64,000 nt of DNA from Vulcanimicrobiota bacterium (GTDB lineage: Bacteria > Vulcanimicrobiota > Vulcanimicrobiia > Vulcanimicrobiales > Vulcanimicrobiaceae), in NCBI GenBank assembly GCA_963733295.1, contig CAVTCS010000003.1:2208001-2272000 (forward strand), read 5' to 3'. The notes below the pieces were generated by a model. It searched no databases and had not been told where the DNA came from. It saw only the letters and a program-made list of their open reading frames with translations. Below, in pieces: positions 29,466 through 38,965 of the stretch; positions within the stretch are counted from its first letter, which is position 1, and each line of letters begins with the position of its first letter. The translations under genes were made by a program, and so were the position numbers.

Positions 29466-30272
29466 ATGAATACACGCGAGCGGGCCGATATTGGCGTATT
29501 TGGCGGATCGGGCTTTTATTCGTTAATCGAAAACGCGCGCGAGGTCGTGGTCGAAACGCCTTACGGTGCGCCGAGCGACCGGCTCGCGCTGGGCGAGGTT
29601 GCGGGCAAGCGCGTGGCCTTCTTACCGCGCCACGGAAAGCTGCATCAGTATCCGCCGCAAGCGATCAATTTTCGCGCAAATCTTTGGGCGATGAAAGAAC
29701 TAGGCGTCACGCGGATCGTCGGGCCGACCGCTTGCGGTTCGCTCAAAGCCGACGTGAAGCCGGGTGAGATGGTGGTTGCCGATCAAATCGTCGACCGCAC
29801 GACGGGACGCGCCGACACGTTCTACGACGGTCCGATCACCACGCACATCAGCTTCGCCGATCCCTATTGTCCGCAGTTGCGGCCGATCGCGATCGCGGCG
29901 CTCCGCGCGACCGGCGTCGTAACGCACGAACGGGGTACGATCGTCGTCATCCAAGGGCCGCGCTTTTCGACACGAGCCGAGTCGAAGTGGTTCCAAGACG
30001 CCGGCTGGGAGGTCATCAACATGACCCAGTATCCTGAGTGTTATCTCGCCCGCGAGCTGGAGATGTGTTACGTGAACATCTCGCTGATCACCGATTACGA
30101 CGTCGGACTCGAAGGCATGCCGGACGTCGAGCCGGTGACTCACGAGGCGGTCATGAAGATCTTTGCCAGCAACAACGAACGCGTCAAATCGGCCATCTTC
30201 AAGATCATCGAAACGACGCCGGCCGAGCGGACGTGCTCGTGCGGCTCGGCGCTCACCGGCGCGCGCTTCTGA
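29466..30272 (+). CDS. mtnP: S-methyl-5'-thioadenosine phosphorylase
   Basis: IGVFGGSG, TPYGAPS, FLPRHG, GPRFSTRAES, INMT, TDYD; GAGGAG SD. Confidence 0.93.
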   Translation: MNTRERADIGVFGGSGFYSLIENAREVVVETPYGAPSDRLALGEVAGKRVAFLPRHGKLHQYPPQAINFRANLWAMKELGVTRIVGPTACGSLKADVKPGEMVVADQIVDRTTGRADTFYDGPITTHISFADPYCPQLRPIAIAALRATGVVTHERGTIVVIQGPRFSTRAESKWFQDAGWEVINMTQYPECYLARELEMCYVNISLITDYDVGLEGMPDVEPVTHEAVMKIFASNNERVKSAIFKIIETTPAERTCSCGSALTGARF

Positions 30273-30291
30273 GCGGGGCGGCGATACTCTG

Positions 30292-31011
30292 ATGCGCGTC
30301 GACTTGGTGCCCTACGCGCGTGCCCTCGTCATGCTGGTGCGCTTTCCGGGGGTGATCCTCGCACCGCTCTTGATCGCAGTGGCCCGGGTCTTGATCTTCC
30401 GCCTGCTCTCCATCTCCGACACCGGTGGTGCGGTGGCCGGTCTGACGACGGGCCTCGCAGGATTGTTCGTTCAACTGCTTCAGGCATTCGCGCTGTGCGT
30501 CTCCCTGATCATCGCCGATCAGGCTTGGCGCAACGGCCGAGCCCCCTTCGATGAAGCCTTGGACGAAGCGCGGCGCAAGGCCCCGGATATTCTCATGGCG
30601 GCGCTCGGCTTCACGTTCATCATCTGGGTCGCAGGACAGATCGGTGGCTTCCTAGGAGGGATCGGCACGATCGCGCTTGGAGCGGTTGCGCTCTTCTTCT
30701 TCATCTATGCGCTGCCGGCAGCGGCGATCGGCGGAGTACCCGGCGGCGCCGCGCTTCAGATCTCGCTCGACCGCGCGCGCAGCGCCGTGCCCGCCACGAT
30801 CTTCGTGACCGTCATCTTCGTGCTCGTCTACTACGTCGTTCCGGTCCTCGCGACCGACGCGATTCTGCCCCTCCTCATGCTGACCTCGTTCGAGGTTTCG
30901 AGCGTCATTGCGTCGCTGATCGGCGCGTTCATCGAAGCGGTCGCGGCCGGCTACGTCGCACTCGTGCTCGCCAAAGCCTATAACGACGTCTCCTACGGTC
31001 GCAGGTATTAA
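30292..31011 (+). CDS. Hypothetical integral membrane protein
   Basis: Several hydrophobic helices; ATG 20 nt after mtnP stop. Confidence 0.7.
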   Translation: MRVDLVPYARALVMLVRFPGVILAPLLIAVARVLIFRLLSISDTGGAVAGLTTGLAGLFVQLLQAFALCVSLIIADQAWRNGRAPFDEALDEARRKAPDILMAALGFTFIIWVAGQIGGFLGGIGTIALGAVALFFFIYALPAAAIGGVPGGAALQISLDRARSAVPATIFVTVIFVLVYYVVPVLATDAILPLLMLTSFEVSSVIASLIGAFIEAVAAGYVALVLAKAYNDVSYGRRY

Positions 31012-31051
31012 CTCGCCGGGCAAGTCGTGATAACATCGCGAGACTAAGCTC

Positions 31052-31459
31052 ATGAGCATGAACGAGGGCGAGCGCCAGCCGACCACCGGCGAAATCCTCG
31101 ACGCACTTCTCGACTTCAAAGGTGCCGTCGAGGGACGCTTCGACTTCATCGACGAGCGCTTCGGTCAGATGGAGCGGCGTTTCGAGCTGATGCAAGACCA
31201 AATGGACCGTCGCTTTGATCGGGTCGACAGGCGCTTCGACGAGGTCGACCGCCGCTTCGACGAGGTCGACCGCCGCTTCGAGAAAGTGGACCTTCGATTC
31301 GACGAGGTCGACGGTCGATTCGAGGAAGTCAAGCGTCAGTTCGCGGAGGTCGACCTGCGATTCGGACGGGTCGACTGTCAGCTCGCCGAGCTCAAGAGTT
31401 GTGTACGAGCGGTCGACGTGCGTCTTGCCGCGATGGAACAGAGCGGGCCGGCGGGTTAG
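31052..31459 (+). CDS. Coiled-coil protein with RFDEVDR heptad repeats
   Basis: About 11 RFxxxxx heptads. Confidence 0.75.
   Translation: MSMNEGERQPTTGEILDALLDFKGAVEGRFDFIDERFGQMERRFELMQDQMDRRFDRVDRRFDEVDRRFDEVDRRFEKVDLRFDEVDGRFEEVKRQFAEVDLRFGRVDCQLAELKSCVRAVDVRLAAMEQSGPAG
31211..31378 (+). repeat. 21-bp coding tandem repeat
   Basis: cgcttcgacgaggtcgaccgc exact at 31232-31252 and 31253-31273, degenerate copies on both sides. Confidence 0.85.
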
Positions 31460-31473
31460 TCTGCGGGCCCGTC

Positions 31474-32505
31474 TTACGCGGGCGCGAGTTGCATTCGCAG
31501 GTAGTCGACGACTAGTCCAGCGGAAACGTTCGTGTTCGAGAGCCGCTCGGCTTCGGCGAGCGCTGCCAGGAGCGCGATCGTCGCTTCGGGAGAACGGCGG
31601 GGCAAGCCACTGAGGCGACGGCGTTGATCGGCGGCCAGCAGCGGAACGTCCTTGCCGGCGAGCGTTAGGGCGGCCCAGTCACGAGCCGCGACCCGTACGA
31701 TTTCGATCAACTCGGCGACGATCGCACGCTTCTCGCCGGCACTCAAACTGCGGTCGTCCAAACGCAGAAAACTTTGATCCGCGACGTCGCCGGCGAGCGT
31801 GTCGGCGAACCAGGCGAAGGCCGCAGCACGCAATCCTTCGTCGTCTTCGCCCAGCACGGCGCGGGCGCGCGCGATGCTGCCCAGCGAAACCTTCGCCGCC
31901 GCCGCGGCTCGGGCGGGCGTGACGCCGCCCCCGATCAGCACGCCTTCGACCGTCGCAGCGTCGAGCGGTTGCAGGGCGATCTCGACGAAACGGGAGCGGA
32001 TCGTCGGCAGGAGCGTACCGGGCGCACTCGTCGTAAGCAGCACGACGACGCCAGGCGGCGGTTCCTCGAAAAATTTGAGCAGCGCGTTCGCCGCTTCGTG
32101 CGTCGCAAACTCGACGTCGCCGAGGACCACGATGCGCCGGGCGTTCCGGTAACCGTGAAGCGACAGCTCGCGCACGAGATCGCGCGCCGTCAGGTCTTCG
32201 TCGTGCAGCGCGCTTCCCACGTCCTTGCCGATCTTGATCGAGCCCTCGTGGAAGAGAAAATCCGGATGCGTTCCCGCGCCGAAGAGCGCGCAGCCCACGC
32301 AGTGGCCGCAGTAGCCGAGAACCGTCGACTTCGGCGTCTCGCAGAGCAACGATTGAGCCAGCCGCCTCGCGAAGGTTTTCTTCCCGATGCCCGCCGGTCC
32401 GGTGAAGAGATAGCCGTGCGAAAGGCGCCCCGGTTCGAGCGTCGCGAAATAGGTCAGTGCCCCGCGCGCGCCGACGACGTCGAAATTCCCCTCCACTCCG
32501 ATCAT
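31474..32505 (-). CDS. holB: DNA polymerase III delta' subunit
   Basis: HGYLFTGPAGIGK, CGHCVGC, HPD, AANALLKFFEEPP, LLPTIRSR; ATGA overlap with tmk. Confidence 0.9.
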   Translation of the reverse strand: MIGVEGNFDVVGARGALTYFATLEPGRLSHGYLFTGPAGIGKKTFARRLAQSLLCETPKSTVLGYCGHCVGCALFGAGTHPDFLFHEGSIKIGKDVGSALHDEDLTARDLVRELSLHGYRNARRIVVLGDVEFATHEAANALLKFFEEPPPGVVVLLTTSAPGTLLPTIRSRFVEIALQPLDAATVEGVLIGGGVTPARAAAAAKVSLGSIARARAVLGEDDEGLRAAAFAWFADTLAGDVADQSFLRLDDRSLSAGEKRAIVAELIEIVRVAARDWAALTLAGKDVPLLAADQRRRLSGLPRRSPEATIALLAALAEAERLSNTNVSAGLVVDYLRMQLAPA

Positions 32506-33119
32506 CGCGCAGTCTCGATGCTCTTCCAAGCGGCGCGCTCGAGCTCGGCCGGCGACAGCCTGCCGTCGAGAATCTCGATGCGCGGGTCCTCGCTTGCCAG
32601 CGCTAGATAACCTTCGCGCACGCGCTCGTGAAAGGCGTCGTCTTCGCGTTCGAGCCGGTCCGTCGAAAGTCCCGAGGCCGCGGCCCGCGCCGCCACGCGA
32701 CTACGGGAAAGCGCGACCGGAATGTCGATAAGCAGCACGCGATCCGGCTCGACCCCGCGCGTCGCGATCGCGCCGAGGGCGCGCAGCAACGCGAGATCCA
32801 AGTCGCGACCGAAGCCCTGATACGCGAGCGTCGCCGTGGCGTAGCGATCGCAGAGCACCCAGGAGCCGGCTCGCAGCGCCGGCACGATGACTTCGGCGAC
32901 GAGTTGCGCGCGCGAAGCGTTCAACGCGAATGCTTCGGCCAGCGGATCGACTCGCGCCCCGGGCGTCACGAACGCGTCGCGCATCCGGTCGCCGAACGCG
33001 GTTCCGCCGGGCTCGCGCGTGACGACGAGCGAGTGACCTGCCGACCGGACCCGGTCCGCCAACAGGGCAAGCAGCGTCGTTTTGCCGCTCCCCTCGATCC
33101 CTTCAACGCTGACGAACAG
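32502..33119 (-). CDS. tmk: Thymidylate kinase (CTG start)
   Basis: CTG TTC GTC AGC GTT GAA GGG ATC GAG GGG AGC GGC AAA = (M)FVSVEGIEGSGK, preceded directly by in-frame TAA; TREPGG, CDRY, AYQG, DRLE. Confidence 0.93.
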   Translation of the reverse strand: MFVSVEGIEGSGKTTLLALLADRVRSAGHSLVVTREPGGTAFGDRMRDAFVTPGARVDPLAEAFALNASRAQLVAEVIVPALRAGSWVLCDRYATATLAYQGFGRDLDLALLRALGAIATRGVEPDRVLLIDIPVALSRSRVAARAAASGLSTDRLEREDDAFHERVREGYLALASEDPRIEILDGRLSPAELERAAWKSIETAR

Positions 33120-33142
33120 TTAGAATTCCACGACGCGAGACA

Positions 33143-34738
33143 CTAAGCCGAGGCTCCCGTTCCGTACGGCAAGTCGGGTGCGCGATAGAGCAAGACGCGG
33201 CGATTCGGCTCCAGTCCGGTGCTGCGCGATTGAACCCGGTGCTGCTCCGCCATCTGATGCTGCAAGCGGCGAACGTACGAGGTTTGGGGTGAGAGTTCGA
33301 TCGGTTTGTTCTCGAGCAACACCTTGTAGATCGCCTCGCCGGCCTCGCGCAGCGCGATCTCCTCGGTATCGAGCGTCGGCAGGTTAAAGATGTCCTTGAG
33401 CGCAGCCATGATCTGCGCCGTCGTGTTCGTCTTGATCGAAAAGATCGGAACGTTCTCGGCCGCGATCGAGCGCAGCTTCTCCGACTCCTTGCGTTCGAGC
33501 GACTTGAGCGTCAAGACGACGTCCGCGTCGTCCCATTTGCGCGCGATCGAGGCGCCGACCCGCAGGTTCTGGATCGCACGCTCGATCTTGTTGCGCGAGA
33601 CGCCGTAGGGAAAGATCAGTTTGAGCGGGTCGCGCTCGATCTCGTCGAGTTCACCGTCGCGTCCGAGAACGGCGTCGAACTCGGACTCGAGCGCGCCGGC
33701 GCGTTTGCCGAGAATCGGGGGCGCCGCCTCTTGCACGACGGCGACGCTTCCGCCAGGCAGCCGCTGCCGCACCTCGGCCTGCGGCGCGTAACCGCGCAAC
33801 AGCGAGTCGACGGTATCCGAGACGTTTTGGTAGATCGAGAGTCTATTGCGGTCGTTGATCTCGATGAGGACGTCGAAGGTCGGCGGCGCCCTGCGCTCGA
33901 GCACGGTCTTGCGCGTTCCGCGGCGGCGCGCTTCCTCGTCCGAGAGCGTGACCGAGGTGATCCCGCCGACCAAGTCGGAGAGCGTTGGGTTCATCAAAAT
34001 GTTCTCGAGCGTTTTACCGTGCGCGGTTCCGATCAGCTGTACCCCACGCTCGGCGATCGTACGCGCCGCGAGCGCCTCGGCTTCGGTCCCGATCTCGTCG
34101 ATGACGACGACTTCGGGCATGTGGTTTTCGACCGCCTCGACCATCACGTGATGTTGCAGTGAGGGATCGGGGACTTGCATGCGCCGCGCGTGCCCGATGC
34201 CGAGGTGCGGGATGTCGCCGTCGCCTGCGATTTCGTTCGAAGTGTCGACGATCACGACGCGCTTGCGATCTTCGGCGATGACGCGCGCGCACTCGCGCAG
34301 CATCGTCGTCTTTCCGACGCCCGGCGGACCCAGCAAGCAGATCGATTTACCGCTGCGCACGACGTCGAGGATGATGTCGATCGTACCGTACACCGCGCGC
34401 CCGACGCGACAGGTCAACCCGACGATCTTGCCGGTTCGATTGCGAATCGCCGAAATGCGATGCAAGGTCTGCTCGATTCCGGCGCGATTGTCCGCACCGA
34501 AATCGGAGAGCCGCAAACTCACGTGAGCGAGATCCTCGTTCGTCACGACGTGATCCGAGAGATACGCGAAGTCGTCGGGAAAACGGGCCTCGGGTGGACG
34601 GCCGAGATCCAATACGACTTCGATCAGCGCTTCGAGGTTCGGGAGGCGTACGAGCGCTTGCCGGATCGGGAGCGGGAAGATGTCGAGGAGTTGGGTGAGT
34701 TCCCAGTGCGGAGAGACGGACTCGGCGTTAAGAGCCAA
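33143..34738 (-). CDS. SpoIIIAA/Ycf45-like AAA ATPase with C-terminal R3H domain
   Basis: LHRISAIRNR, GPPGVGKTT, VDTSNEIAGDG, IDEIG, RRLQHQMAE. Confidence 0.9.
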   Translation of the reverse strand: MALNAESVSPHWELTQLLDIFPLPIRQALVRLPNLEALIEVVLDLGRPPEARFPDDFAYLSDHVVTNEDLAHVSLRLSDFGADNRAGIEQTLHRISAIRNRTGKIVGLTCRVGRAVYGTIDIILDVVRSGKSICLLGPPGVGKTTMLRECARVIAEDRKRVVIVDTSNEIAGDGDIPHLGIGHARRMQVPDPSLQHHVMVEAVENHMPEVVVIDEIGTEAEALAARTIAERGVQLIGTAHGKTLENILMNPTLSDLVGGITSVTLSDEEARRRGTRKTVLERRAPPTFDVLIEINDRNRLSIYQNVSDTVDSLLRGYAPQAEVRQRLPGGSVAVVQEAAPPILGKRAGALESEFDAVLGRDGELDEIERDPLKLIFPYGVSRNKIERAIQNLRVGASIARKWDDADVVLTLKSLERKESEKLRSIAAENVPIFSIKTNTTAQIMAALKDIFNLPTLDTEEIALREAGEAIYKVLLENKPIELSPQTSYVRRLQHQMAEQHRVQSRSTGLEPNRRVLLYRAPDLPYGTGASA

Positions 34739-34861
34739 TGCGCACCCTCGTTACGGAATCGGGCAGCGCCGGAAAACTTCCGGCCGTAACCGTTCGTCCG
34801 ATTTTCAGTGATCCGGGGCCGAGGACCTCTGCCGCTCCACCTGCTTTTTGCACGCACATCG

Positions 34862-36349
34862 TCACATTCCAGATACTACCCGAATCGAACGAAGTTCCGA
34901 ATCGTAGGGCCCCTGCATTCGAACGCCGGCTCTCTTTTCGAGGTCCAGGTAGTCGATGATCTCCTGAGTGATTTCCTCGCCCGGCGAGACGACCGGAATC
35001 CCGGGCGGGTAGGGCGTGATGACTTCAGCGCAGATCCTGCCCGCGCTTTGCTTGAACGGTGCCAATTCGGTCTGCGCGAGGAACGCGTCGCGCGGGTTCA
35101 TGCGAATCGGCGGAATCTTCGGCAGGTTGTAGGTTCCGGTTTTGATGCGACGCTCGAGAACGCCCGACGGCGAGAAGACGTCGATGGGGCGATCTTCGCG
35201 CGACAATTCCTTTACGCCGTAGACGAGCCGGTCGGCGGCCTCCTGGGTCGTGCCGATCGTGAAAAGCGCCAGGCAATTGAAAAGGTCGGCCAGTTCAACC
35301 TGGACGTTATAGCGGCGCCGGAGGATTTCTTCGGCCTCGTAACCGGTGTAACCGAGTTCCTTGACGGTGATCGTGATCTTCGTCGGATCGAGATCGAAGA
35401 CGCCGGGACGCCCTTCTTGCTCGCCCCCGAAACAGTAGATCCCGTCGATCGAATTCAAGCGCCGGCGCGTATCGTCGGCGAGTTCGATCGTTCGCGAAAG
35501 CAACGCGCGGCCTTCGGTCGCCATCTGTTTGCGCGCGACGTCGAGCGACGCGATCAGCACGAGGTTCGGCGAGGTCGAAAGGAACAGCTTGACGACCGAC
35601 TTGAGGCGGTCCAATCGAATCCGGCCGCCTTGCTGGTGGAGCATCGCGGTTTGCGAGAGGCTGCCCAGCATCTTGTGCGTCGAGTTGATGCACATGTCGG
35701 CGCCGGCCTCGATCGCGTCGATCGGGAGCGCGGGATGAAAATGGAAGTGCGGCCCCCAAGCCTCGTCGACGAGCAGGGGCACGCCGCGCGCGTGAACGAC
35801 CGCGGCAATACCTTCCAAATCGGCCGCGACGCCGTAGTACGTGGGACTGACGACGTAGACCGCCTTGACGTCGGGGTGCTCGTCGAGCGTCCGGCGGACG
35901 GTCTCCGGCGTGACGGTATGATCCATGTGCAGCGCGTCGTCGACCTCGGGACGCATCCATACAGGATTTGCGCCGCTCATGATCAGACCGCCCATCGCGC
36001 TCTTGTGCGAGTTGCGCGGCAGTGCGATTTTGTCGAGCGGATTCACCGCGGCCATCATCATGATCTGATTGCCGCTGGTCGAACCGTTGATGAGGAAAAA
36101 CGAATGTTCGGCACCGTAGGCGGCTGCCGCAAGCCCCTGCGCCTCTTCGATCGCTTCGCTGGGTTGCAGCAAATCGTCGAGCCCGCGGATCTGCGTGAGA
36201 TCGATCGCGAGGACGTTGTCGCCCAAGAAATCGCGCAGCGCTCGATCCATGCCGCGACCTTGCATGTGTCCGGGCGTGTGAAACGGGATGACGCCGGAGT
36301 CCACGTAGTCTAGGAGCGCGTCGAAATACGGCGTCCGGCTCTGATCCAC
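34862..36349 (-). CDS. PLP-dependent Arg/Lys/Orn decarboxylase
   Basis: FHTPGH, INGSTSG, SPTYYG, DEAWG, PLP lysine STHK, PYPPGIP; start GTG at VDQSRTP. Confidence 0.93.
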   Translation of the reverse strand: MDQSRTPYFDALLDYVDSGVIPFHTPGHMQGRGMDRALRDFLGDNVLAIDLTQIRGLDDLLQPSEAIEEAQGLAAAAYGAEHSFFLINGSTSGNQIMMMAAVNPLDKIALPRNSHKSAMGGLIMSGANPVWMRPEVDDALHMDHTVTPETVRRTLDEHPDVKAVYVVSPTYYGVAADLEGIAAVVHARGVPLLVDEAWGPHFHFHPALPIDAIEAGADMCINSTHKMLGSLSQTAMLHQQGGRIRLDRLKSVVKLFLSTSPNLVLIASLDVARKQMATEGRALLSRTIELADDTRRRLNSIDGIYCFGGEQEGRPGVFDLDPTKITITVKELGYTGYEAEEILRRRYNVQVELADLFNCLALFTIGTTQEAADRLVYGVKELSREDRPIDVFSPSGVLERRIKTGTYNLPKIPPIRMNPRDAFLAQTELAPFKQSAGRICAEVITPYPPGIPVVSPGEEITQEIIDYLDLEKRAGVRMQGPYDSELRSIRVVSGM

Positions 36350-36466
36350 TGCGCCGCCATTCGGCAGCTTTGCGGCCGCTCCCACTATCGAACGTGCGCT
36401 TGCGGGATGCGGCGGCGCCTTGCGGGTATTAGACAGAAGACTTCCAGCTCTCGTAAGGACGGTATC

Positions 36467-37069
36467 ATGGGCACCGGTAACGCTGTGGAGCGGTTCGCTG
36501 CGGCGCCTCGCTCGCCGGCGCGAAACGCGGTCTTCGTTCTCGCGGGCTCCGCGCTTTTGGCGCTCGGAGCTCAAATCTCACTTCCCGTGCCGTTTTCGCC
36601 GGTTCCCATCACCGGGCAAACGCTGGCGCTCCCACTCGTCGTCGCATTGTTGGGCACGCGTAGCGCGACGCTCGCAGCGATCGTCTATCTCGCCGAAGGC
36701 GCTGCGGGACTCCCGGTCTTCGCGCCGACCGGACAGTTTTATCCAGGGTTCGCGGCGTTCTTCGGACCGACCGGCGGCTATCTCGTCGCCTTCCCGCTCG
36801 CCGCGTTCGTTACCGGATGGCTCTTCGACCGAGGTCTCTGGAACGGGTTCGCGTCGCGCGCGCTGGCCATTTTGACGGGCTCGATCCTCGTCTTGGCCGG
36901 AGGCGCCGCGTGGCTGGCGCATTTCACCGGCGCGAACGCGGCCTTCACCCTGGGCGTCGCGCCGTTCGTTCTTGGTGATTTCGTGAAAACGCTCGTGGCC
37001 GCTGCGCTCGCGCCCTGGCTACGAAAGAGCGGCGGTTATTCGAGCCGCTCTTCGATCGACACGTTGTAA
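36467..37069 (+). CDS. bioY: Biotin transporter BioY
   Basis: PVPITGQT, GLPVFA, GPTGGYL, PFVLGDFVK. Confidence 0.92.
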   Translation: MGTGNAVERFAAAPRSPARNAVFVLAGSALLALGAQISLPVPFSPVPITGQTLALPLVVALLGTRSATLAAIVYLAEGAAGLPVFAPTGQFYPGFAAFFGPTGGYLVAFPLAAFVTGWLFDRGLWNGFASRALAILTGSILVLAGGAAWLAHFTGANAAFTLGVAPFVLGDFVKTLVAAALAPWLRKSGGYSSRSSIDTL

Positions 37070-37563
37070 AGAAACAGAAACTTGTGCCACTCGTCAGGCA
37101 GCGTGTTGCGCTTGACGCGGATCCACGGAATGTACTTCGGCGCTTTTGGTTTGCGCCGCATCGTCATGTTGGCGTGCTCCGGCGAGCGGTTGTTCTTCCG
37201 GTTATTGCAGCGCATGCAGGCACAGACGAGATTTTCCCAGGTCGATGGGCCGCCTTTGCTGCGCGGCACGACGTGATCGACCGTCATGAGCCGCTCGCCT
37301 TTGACGCCGCAGTATTGACACGTGTAGTCGTCGCGCAGAAGAATGTTCTTCTTCGTTAGCGCAACTTTCTGGGTAGGCCGCTTGATGTAGTAGAGCATCC
37401 GGATGACGGATGGAAGGCGCATCTCGAAGCTCGGTGAGGCGAGCCGCGTGTCTCGCCCATGCACGACCTCCGCCTTGCCTGAGAAGAGCAGCTTGACGGC
37501 CCGCTGAAAGCTCGTGATGTTCAGCGCTTCGTAGGTGAAGTTGAGCACGAGGACGTCGGTCAC
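37036..37563 (-). CDS. HNH endonuclease
   Basis: VLVLNFTYEAL, RDDYTCQYCG, TVDHVVPRSKGG, WENLVCACMRCNNRK. Confidence 0.93.
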   Translation of the reverse strand: MTDVLVLNFTYEALNITSFQRAVKLLFSGKAEVVHGRDTRLASPSFEMRLPSVIRMLYYIKRPTQKVALTKKNILLRDDYTCQYCGVKGERLMTVDHVVPRSKGGPSTWENLVCACMRCNNRKNNRSPEHANMTMRRKPKAPKYIPWIRVKRNTLPDEWHKFLFLYNVSIEERLE

Positions 37564-37589
37564 GCGGCTCTCCCGCTACGTCCGGGAGG

Positions 37590-37622
37590 AACGAAAAAGG
37601 CGAGGTCGGTCGTCCTCGCCTT
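37590..37622 (-). terminator. Intrinsic terminator just upstream of the HNH gene
   Basis: Minus strand GGCGAGG-acgaccga-CCTCGCC followed by TTTTTCGTT. Confidence 0.7.
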
Positions 37623-37894
37623 CTCGACATCTTCACTCAGGGTCGCAGACTGGTTCCTGGGACCGTGCAGGTCCCACGCTGTTCGAGCGGTTCGCGCCCC
37701 GGTCGAAGCGCCTGTCGTCTTGCGAAGCATTCCGCCTTCAGATACGCCGACGCATGGCGGCTTCCCCGCCGAGCGCCGCCTCGCGCACAAGGTTTTGAGA
37801 GCGGGCACACTGTACCTAGTGCCTGAACGCCGCGGTAGCGTGCGCTCCTGCCTTCGTCATTCAAGACGCTGCATTTCCCTTTTTGGAGTAACAC

Positions 37895-38290
37895 ATGTTC
37901 AAGCGTATCCTGACAGCTATAGGCGCCGGCGCCTTGCTCGCCGCCCTCGCACCGGCCGCGCAAACCCAAGCTCAAGGCGCGAATCCGATCCGCATCTCAC
38001 AATGCTTCATCACGGTTCCCAAGGCGATGAGCAAGAAAGCCAGCGGAACCCAAATCGTGTACGTTAACAAGGGCCCGAAAACGGCCAGCCACGTCACGTT
38101 CGCGGTCAAGTACCGCAACTCCGATACGACGTACGTGCGCAAGGTGATCGACGACGGAACGTTCACGCCGGGGACGACCGTGGACCATCATTTCTCGCTC
38201 TTCAACGACGTGACGTATGGCGGAAAGCAAGCAACCTGCTCGGCGGTTACCGTCATATGGTCCGACGGCACCAGGTGGAACGGGATGTAA
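37895..38290 (+). CDS. Hypothetical secreted protein
   Basis: GGAG SD, signal peptide MFKRILTAIGAGALLAALAPAA, two Cys, C-terminal WSDGTRW. Confidence 0.75.
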   Translation: MFKRILTAIGAGALLAALAPAAQTQAQGANPIRISQCFITVPKAMSKKASGTQIVYVNKGPKTASHVTFAVKYRNSDTTYVRKVIDDGTFTPGTTVDHHFSLFNDVTYGGKQATCSAVTVIWSDGTRWNGM

Positions 38291-38338
38291 ACCTCCCGGC
38301 CTCAGGCGCCGCAGCGCCGCGAATGACGCCTCTCTGGT

Positions 38339-38950
38339 TCAATCCGGCGGGGCGTTTTCTTTCGGCGCGCGGCCGCTCTCTCGCACCATGTCGAGAAAAT
38401 ATTCGTGGACGCGCGAATCGCTCGTCAACTCGGGATGGAACGACGTACCTAAGACGTTCTTCTCGCGAACGAATACGCCGTGACCGCCGTGCTCGGCTAA
38501 GATCTCGACCGCTGGGCCCGCGCGCTCGATCCAGGGCGCGCGGATGAAGATCGCCGGGAACGGTTTGGGGCCGAGGGCGGGAACCGTCAAGGGAACCTCG
38601 CTGGACGCGAGTTGCCGTCCGTAGGCGTTGCGGCGCACGGTGACGTCGATCAGAGCGAGCGTTTCCTGATCGAGGTCGGCGACGTTGCGCGCGGCGACGA
38701 TCAAACCCATGCAGGTGCCCCACAGCGCCATTCCGCTTCGAACGCGCTCGCGAATCGGTACGTCGAGACCGAAACGCTTGAGCAAACGGATCACGGTTGT
38801 CGACTCTCCGCCCGGAATCACGAGGCCCTCGACCTCAGCCAGTTCCACTGCGCTCCGGACGTTGCGCGCATCCGCACCGGCCGCTTGCAAGGCGTGCAGA
38901 TGCTCCTCGACATCGCCCTGCACGCCGAGCACGCCGACGACCGGTTTCAC
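38339..38950 (-). CDS. pdxT: PLP synthase glutaminase subunit
   Basis: GVLGVQG, PGGESTT, GTCMG, FIRAP, FHPE. Confidence 0.95.
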   Translation of the reverse strand: MKPVVGVLGVQGDVEEHLHALQAAGADARNVRSAVELAEVEGLVIPGGESTTVIRLLKRFGLDVPIRERVRSGMALWGTCMGLIVAARNVADLDQETLALIDVTVRRNAYGRQLASSEVPLTVPALGPKPFPAIFIRAPWIERAGPAVEILAEHGGHGVFVREKNVLGTSFHPELTSDSRVHEYFLDMVRESGRAPKENAPPD

Positions 38951-38965
38951 TCCGGAACCGGCCTA

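Noticed and set aside
28706..29767. 353-aa ORF as an intact gene
   Set aside because: Runs out of frame into mtnP; only its central part looks protein-like, so it is treated as a fragment of the decayed gene
31211..31378. CRISPR array
   Set aside because: Repeats are contiguous 21-mers with no spacers and encode in-frame heptads; no cas genes
34808..36313. Long antisense ORFs (also 6932-8587, 11803-13035, 17812-19032, 40462-41814, 43318-44637, 61806-63032)
   Set aside because: Shadows of well-supported genes on the opposite strand, expected in high-GC DNA; no recognisable motifs
37036..37563. IscB/Cas9-like RNA-guided nuclease or mobile homing element
   Set aside because: 175 aa with HNH only; no RuvC or PLMP motifs, no IS ends or intron context
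37659..37675. tRNA (anticodon-arm-like hairpin GGGAC-CTGCACG-GTCCC on minus strand)
   Set aside because: No acceptor stem, D arm or correctly placed TTCGA arm
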